A stretch of 64,000 nucleotides of DNA from the human T2T-CHM13v2.0 reference genome, Homo sapiens: the NCBI RefSeq assembly GCF_009914755.1, contig NC_060930.1. One strand, given 5' to 3'. Within the stretch, counting starts at the first letter, position 1. Each line of letters starts with the position of its first letter. This document shows positions 57,193 to 64,000 of this stretch, piece by piece. Under the pieces are notes generated by a model. That model worked only from the letters and a program-made list of their open reading frames with translations. It did not search any database and had not been told where the DNA came from. Both the position numbers and the translations under genes were made by a program.

Positions 57193-59494
57193 ACATAGAA
57201 GGTGGTCAACAGTCTATTTTCCAGTTGGGAGAAAGGCAGTAGCCTAGTAAGCTTTCTCAGAGAGTCTGTGTCTTAATCAAACGTGTCCCTGGTCCCCTGG
57301 TATTGAATATTAGTCCCTGGTCACCTCTTGTCTTGGCTTGTTAAGGTTTAATGACTTATCCTTCAAGTGGTTTTGTCTCGAAGAGCTCAAATGCCATCAT
57401 TTTCTGAGTCTCCAATCTGTCATTTGTCATGTTGCAAAATGGGCACTATGATTGTACCAAGCCAGGCATCCCTGGCACTCCGGGAATACTGGCCAGTCTC
57501 CATGACTTGTGGGGGGCTTTAGTGTTTTCCAAGATGAGGCCTGGTTGATTCATTTCTGAATCCTAAGTATTGAGGTTTGTGTACAAATACGGAAGTGTGT
57601 GGGGTAGGAAGTTCCGAGCAATCAGCTTTCCTTGGAAAATATTTTTCCTTTTCAAATTTATGGCTGTTTTTTAAAAAGGGATGTTAGAAACTTTGGTTAA
57701 TTTAAAGATGGGTATGTGTTTTCCTCTAATGATGGCACACAGTTATGTTCAGTGAGGACTCAAGGAAACCACCTTTTTTGTTGTCTGGCCAATAACTTAC
57801 TGAAATGAGCAGTGCTGATTTACAGGTCTGGGTGGTGGTGACTGAAGGCAGAATTTTGGGGAGTTTCATTTTTTGTTTAATTTGAACAATCAGAGTTCAT
57901 CGTGTTTTGCGGAAGAGGAGGAAAAGCAGCCCAAACCCACACGGGAGGGTTGGGGGAGCATCTGCTTGACAGCACTCTCAGTTAAGCCCTGCAGCTACGT
58001 GTGCTCAAAGATGTTCTCGCCAAAAGCCAATGCTAATTTAATGTGTATGGAAATTATTTATTCTGAGTCATCAGTTACTTTTCTTAGCTATAGTTGTTAT
58101 TGGTACTGTAATGACTTGGCAGCGTTTCATCATTTTTTCTTATGTCTGGCTCACATTTGCGTGTGTTAACTCCATCTCACAAAAACCCAAACAAACACAA
58201 ATTTCATAGGACCTACTTGGCATCTGGCAGTGTTTGACACAACTACCTAATTCCTTTATTGAAATTCATGATTGAGATGGTCCATCTTGAACTGATTCCA
58301 GCGTTCAGGCACGAACCTTTTCGCTGAGTCGCCTTGGGCCAATCACTGAACTTCTCTGAGCATTGGATTCTTGGTACAGGGATTGGATTAGAACTCTAAG
58401 TTACATCTAGCTCTGAAGGAAATTAGAGATTTTTGAACTTGATGAACATTTTCTAATTGTTCCTAGGGTAAATGTGCCACTCTTTAAGACTTGTTACTAT
58501 TTTAAGATGCCACTGGAAACACAGAGGCCCTGCAAAAAGATGGACATTGGGTCCACCAAGTATCCAGACAGGGGCGGGGTTGGATGGTCCAGGAGTACAC
58601 AGGTGACCTCCTGGGGAGCCAAGGTATTTCCCCCAAGGTGGGTGAGAAAGCAGGACATTTTCAGGTGAAACAGATGCTCAACAGAGCCAAGCTTTGAAGA
58701 CACTTACATTTGGGGGACTGGACTACAAGAAAATATGAGTAATTCTCTTTAGAAGTGGTAATGGAAAACCACAAGAATCAGGATCATTTTCCTCAGCTGA
58801 TAACTCATGAGGGCATAGAACAGAATTCTAGATCATTCCGTGGATATTTGAGGAAGACTTATAGTTCTCAAATGATCCCATGTATACTGATAGGTATTAT
58901 CAGTACACCTGATATATATACTGTGATGTGTGTTAGCATTTTAGGTGGCTTAATACATAATACCCCTTTAGTTATCTCCTGAATTTTGGAGCAATTTTGG
59001 ACCATTGAAGACAGGTAATTCATGTCAAAAAAAATGGCTTTTGATTTGCATCCCAAAGACTCCCTAACTCTTCTCCAAATTGAACTTATCCCCCTCAATC
59101 CATATCCTCACCCCTTCCTGGGACAAAGCCTACTCCATGCAGAGAACCTAGTAGCAAAGAGTATCAGAATCAAGGAGATAGGTTTGTTCTAAAAACCAGA
59201 AATGTTTTCTTGCTTTCTCCAAAAGTTCATCTATCAGACAGGTTACTAAAAGGAGATGGGAGAGATGTCAGGCCAGGAATATCCTGTAGCTGAAGTTCCT
59301 TCACTTGGAATCCCAAGGGGTGGGAAGGAAAGACTCTTTCTAACAATTAGCATTGAACTCATTGTTGCATTGGGAATTGCAGTGGAAAAATATGAGGATA
59401 TGTATTCAACAAATATTTATTAAATGCCTACCAAGTACAAAGCACTTTTCTGGGTTCTAAGGTACAGCAGAGAACAAGAGATACAAGGTCCCTC

Positions 59495-59788
59495 TTTTTT
59501 TTTTTTTCTCTCCTTTTTTTGAGACAGGGTCTCACTTTATCACCCAGGCTGGAGTGCAGTGGTGCAAATACAACTTGCTGCAGCCTCAACCTCCACCTCC
59601 CTGGGCTCAAGCAATCCTCCCACCTCAGTCCCCCAAGTAGCTGGGACTATAGGCATGTGCCACCATGCCCAGCTAAATTTTGTATTTTTTGTAGAGACGG
59701 GGTTTCGCCATGTTGCTCAGGCTGGTCTTGAACTCCTGAGCTCAAGCAATGTGCCCACCTTGGCTGGCATGAGCCACCGTGCCTGGCC
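59495..59788 (-). mobile_element. AluJ with a ~20 bp internal deletion
   Basis: Antisense Alu (GGGCTCAAGCAATCCTCCCACC). TSD AAG(G/T)TCCCTCTT. Confidence 0.93.
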
Positions 59789-60219
59789 AAGTTCCCTCTT
59801 CTTATGGAACTTACATTCTTGGAGGGGGAAGGTAATAAGTAAACATATGAATAAGATCTTTTCAGATGTTCACAAATGCCTTGAGGAGATTAAATCAGTA
59901 TCATATGATAGAGAGCAACTAGGGATAGAGTGAAGGAAGGTGACTCATTAAATAGGTGACCAGGTCAGGCCACTCTCAGGAGGGGCCGTATGGGCGAAGG
60001 AGCCAGCCACATGAAGGCCTGAGGGCGGGGTGAGAGGGAGCAGCTAGTTCTAAGGCCCCAGGTTGGAAAGGGCAGGGTGGACTCAAGGAGCAGAAGGAAG
60101 GCCAGCGTGTGCAGGTGATGGTGAGTGTGGGGACAGTGCCAGGACACGAGGTCAGAGAGGAAGTGGGTCCAGATCAGCTAGGAATGTGAGGTTTCCTCCT
60201 AAGATAACAGAAAGCCTTT

Positions 60220-60550
<331 letters not shown>

Positions 60551-60911
60551 AATTTTTTTTTTTAATGATCACTTTGCTGTGTGGAGAGTGAAGAATCACA
60601 GAGGAAGAAGAGTAGAGGCGGGAGACCAGTTAGAAGCTGCTGAACTGCATGTGAGGGCATAGGCATCCAGGATAGTGTGACTGCAGCGCGAGGCTCCAAA
60701 ATAAAGGGGCCCCCAGCAGGTCCCCTGAATTGTTCTGAATAGGTATATGCCCCCATATGCAGCTGCCCAATATTCAATTTCATTATCTATTTAACCGGCT
60801 AATATTCGGATTCAACTGTTGTTCATTGAGTACCTACTATATTTTAGACCAAGCACTCCTCAAACTTTAATGTGCAGAGTAATCACCTGGAATCTGGCAA
60901 AATGTGGATTC

Positions 60912-61334
60912 AGTTAAACAAAGTTTATGGGAGGCCATTGTTTTGGATTAGCCTCTTGCACTCGGCCGCAGCAGAATAGATCAAACCAGAATGGAGTCAC
61001 TTAGTGCTAAGTGCCGTGTATACAAACTGAACTTTGAAACAGGCCAGTTTTCCTAAACAAGAGGAGGTTCCAATCAACCTGAGTCAGCATAATCAGGAAG
61101 GCCCCTCTCCTTTAACCCTCTGAGGAAAGTAACTTTGAAACCACCAGTTCACTTTTTTGTTTTCTGTCTCTGCTTTCTTTCACCCTTTTCTGTCTCTAAA
61201 GCCAACCTCTCTGCTCAGCTCCTTGGAACACCTATTTTGTTTTATATAGAATGAGGTTTTGCCTGATTCTAGAATCAAAAATGAAAGCTTATTCAATCTG
61301 TAAAATAAATCTGTTGTAATTTCATCTTTTGACA
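60912..61334 (+). mobile_element. ERV1 solo LTR (LTR54-like; MER31/MER67/LTR54 group) inserted in a MER5 element
   Basis: GTTAAACAAAGTTTATGGGAGGCCATTGTTTTGGA...CAAACCAGAATGGAGTCACT...TTGTAATTTCATCTTTTGACA. MER5-like flanks at ~60850-60911 and ~61335-61430. Confidence 0.8.
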
Positions 61335-61825
61335 TGATTTCATAGGGCTGAGGTGAGTCCCGAGAGTCTGCCTTTCTAAGAGGTGACGTTGATGCTGCTA
61401 CACCTATGGTTTTCAAATCACACTGTGAGGCAGAGTCACTTGGGAAGATTTTGCAACTACCAATGCTTGGATCCCACCAGAAATGGATTATCAGCTTCTC
61501 TGATATCAGCTTCTCCTCCAACATTTGGAGGATCCCAAATGTGGTATTTTTGAAGAAGTTTCCCAGATGATGCTATGGTACAGTTAAGGCTGAGAACTAG
61601 AACTAGAAGCTTTCAGCCAATTTCCCTGGTATGTGGCTAGTATTGCTTCCATTGTACAGAGAAGGTAAAAAGGGGTAACTTGCCAAAGGTCATTTGGCCA
61701 GTAAATGGTAAGGTGGAGGTTTCAACTTAGTTCTAATTCCAAATTTAGAGCTTTTTTCATAGTACCACACTACCTCCCTACTTCCCTATTTTGGGCAAAA
61801 CTCACTTTGCTAGGTATTGAAGGGA

Positions 61826-62130
61826 ATGTTGTCTGAGTCGGACTCCAGTCAGGAAACAGAAACTCGTTGGCTATTGCAAACAGAGGGTATCTAATACAAG
61901 AGGTTTGGTACAATGATATTGAGAGGGCAAGAGGAACAAAAGGAATAGTTGCAGAAGGAACCCAAAGGAAGGTATGTTCCCAGAGATCAGGCAACCTCTA
62001 GGATCCTGGGATGGAAACTTGGACTTTGCATCTGGGGCTGCACTGCTAGAGATGCTGCTTCTGGTGCTCATGCTGGAACCACTGGAGCCAGGTTTCTCCC
62101 AGACCCTCAGCCCCATGTGAATCCAAACCC
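61826..62130 (-). mobile_element. Old ERVL-type LTR fragment (LTR33-like)
   Basis: GTCTGAGTCGGACTCCAGTCAGGAAACAGAAAC...AACAGAGGGTATCTAATACAAGAG resembles the antisense end of LTR33-group elements. Confidence 0.5.
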
Positions 62131-62307
62131 TGTTTCAAAAGGAATGTCCATGGGAAAATGGGGTTTGATTTACATGTTCAGTTTTCAGGCTACATTTGCT
62201 AGAATGCACCTCTTTTGTATGTGCAAGAATGCCAATAGGTGCTCTGAAAGCTGAATTCTTTAGCTATTCGTCATATCCTAGTGGTTAGCATCAGAAGGAA
62301 GCCAGTA

Positions 62308-62587
62308 CAGTTGGGTCTCGGTATCTGCAGGGGATTGGTTCCAGGCCCACCTGCAGATACCAGAATCCAAGCAAACTTAAGTCCCACAGTGGACTCTGAG
62401 GGACCTGTGGATACGAAAAGTCAGCCCTCCGCATCCACAAGTTTCACACCCCAAGAATATTGTATTTTCAATCCGTGTCTGGTTGCAGATGGAACCTTTG
62501 GATATGGAAGGCTGACTGTATTTTGAAAAAAATCTGCATATAAGTGGGCCCGCCCAGTTTGAACCTGTGTTGCTTAAGGTCAACTAA
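62308..62587 (+). mobile_element. MER8/MER2B-like TcMar-Tigger MITE
   Basis: TA-CAGTTG..CTCGGTATCTGCAGGGGATTGGTTCCAGG...ATAAGTGGGCCCGCCCAGTTTGAACCTGTGTTG..AAGGTCAACT. Confidence 0.85.
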
Positions 62588-63631
62588 TGCTCTTTGGCAT
62601 TTTGGGACTGCCCCTCACCTACTGAGTCCTTCACCTGTGGAGCCCCAGCAGCTGGACACCCGGGTGCTCAGTCTTCCACTGCGTTCACTGCGTCTTCCCC
62701 TTCAGTGGTCACCCTGGTGGGTGGTGGTCGCACAGCTTGGTGTGTGTCCTTACCATGCTGTAGCCTCTGGTATTTATTAATGAAAACTTTTCTTTGTGCG
62801 TGACCATCTCTGCTTTGCATTCTTCCCAATGACCAAGAACATTTTGAAATGAAAAAAAAAAAAAAACCCAACAAAAACAAAATTGTAAAATTACAATGAC
62901 TCTTATTGATATTTTGATAGATTAAAAAAAAAGACTAGTAAGATTTGAAATAGAATAAAACGTATTTCTTATAGCTTGTGAAGAATGTTTTTAAAAAGCA
63001 GAAAGATCTCCTTTTATTAAGTGAATACATAAAAATGATGATAGAAAATTTCTTATGGCATCAGTAATTAATTTATATTCATTAAACAAATTTCCATACC
63101 TGCATGTATTTACATAATTTCCTTCTCTTATGATTAATTTAATACTTAAGGAGAAAATGAATTATTGATTATTTTAATGCCAGAATTATACCCTGCCTCA
63201 AGTTTCATCTGTGGGAAGTGCTATTCCATGTAACTAAGGAGACAGAAAATCCCCTAAGTTGATAGATTGGTTTGTTTCCTGTTCTACTTTGGTTTAATTA
63301 CTATTTGATAATTACTATTTAAAAATTTCAAAGCACTTTTCATTTTCTCCCTAGCTGTGCTTTATAATTTGCCCAAGGGGGTCTGTTTTGTTTTGTTTTT
63401 TTTTTTCTGTCATGTGTTTGAATAAATAGCAAATTGTTGCTGCTTTTTCCAGGGAAGATGCAAAAGAGCTGTGTCATATTTCTTTGTGTAAGCAGTTTTC
63501 TGAATTATTTTCTTTGGTCTACCTAGAACAAATAAGTCTCTGAAGAATAAGAATGAACACTTAACTTTTCACTACCCTTAAAATACTATAATAGCAGTAC
63601 ATTAATCATGTGTCAATTAAAAGCCAAAGGG

Positions 63632-63930
63632 GGCTGGGTGCAATGGCCCAGACCCATAATTCCAGCACTTTGGGAGGCCAAGGTGGGCAGATCACCTGCG
63701 GTAAGGGAGTTCGAGACCAGCCTGGCCAACATGGAGAAACCCCATCTCTCCTAGAAATACAAAAATTAGCTGGACGTGGTGGCACGTGCCTGTAATCCCA
63801 GCTCCTCAGGAGGCTGAGGCAGGAGAATCACTTGAACCCAGGAGGCAGAGATTGCAGTGAGCCGAGATCTTACCAATGCACTTGAGCCTGGGTGACAGAG
63901 TGAGACTCTGTCCCAAGAACAACAACAACA
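63632..63930 (+). mobile_element. AluS
   Basis: Sense Alu with a (CAA)n-containing tail. Confidence 0.95.
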
Positions 63931-64000
63931 AAAATCAAAAGGGCCTCCCAGAGCAGCACATAGTGTTTTTGCTGTCATTCTTAGGATCTCTAAAGTCTGC

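Overview
This is human genomic DNA. The evidence is about 21 Alu elements or fragments and a human-specific L1HS 3' end. The window is repeat-rich and apparently non-coding: a long intron or an intergenic stretch. I found no convincing protein-coding exon, RNA gene, CpG island or CRISPR array, and I cannot name the locus. The longer ORFs in the track mostly come from Alu, L1, Tigger1 or LTR sequence. Roughly half the window is recognisable transposon debris: a near-full-length Tigger1 with nested insertions, three primate L1 3' ends, older L1M, L2 and MIR elements, about 12 solo LTRs and several MITEs. Most notable: (i) a young pre-Ta L1HS whose 5' junction lies entirely inside a microhomology with its target site; (ii) four to five independent, locally templated fold-back or duplication scars resembling template-switch or Pol-theta repair products; (iii) two tight tail-to-tail inverted Alu pairs; (iv) a few motif-dense candidate enhancers. 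I see no evidence for a new multi-gene system. Repeat subfamily names come from recalled consensus motifs, not from a database search, so boundaries and subfamilies of old elements are approximate.
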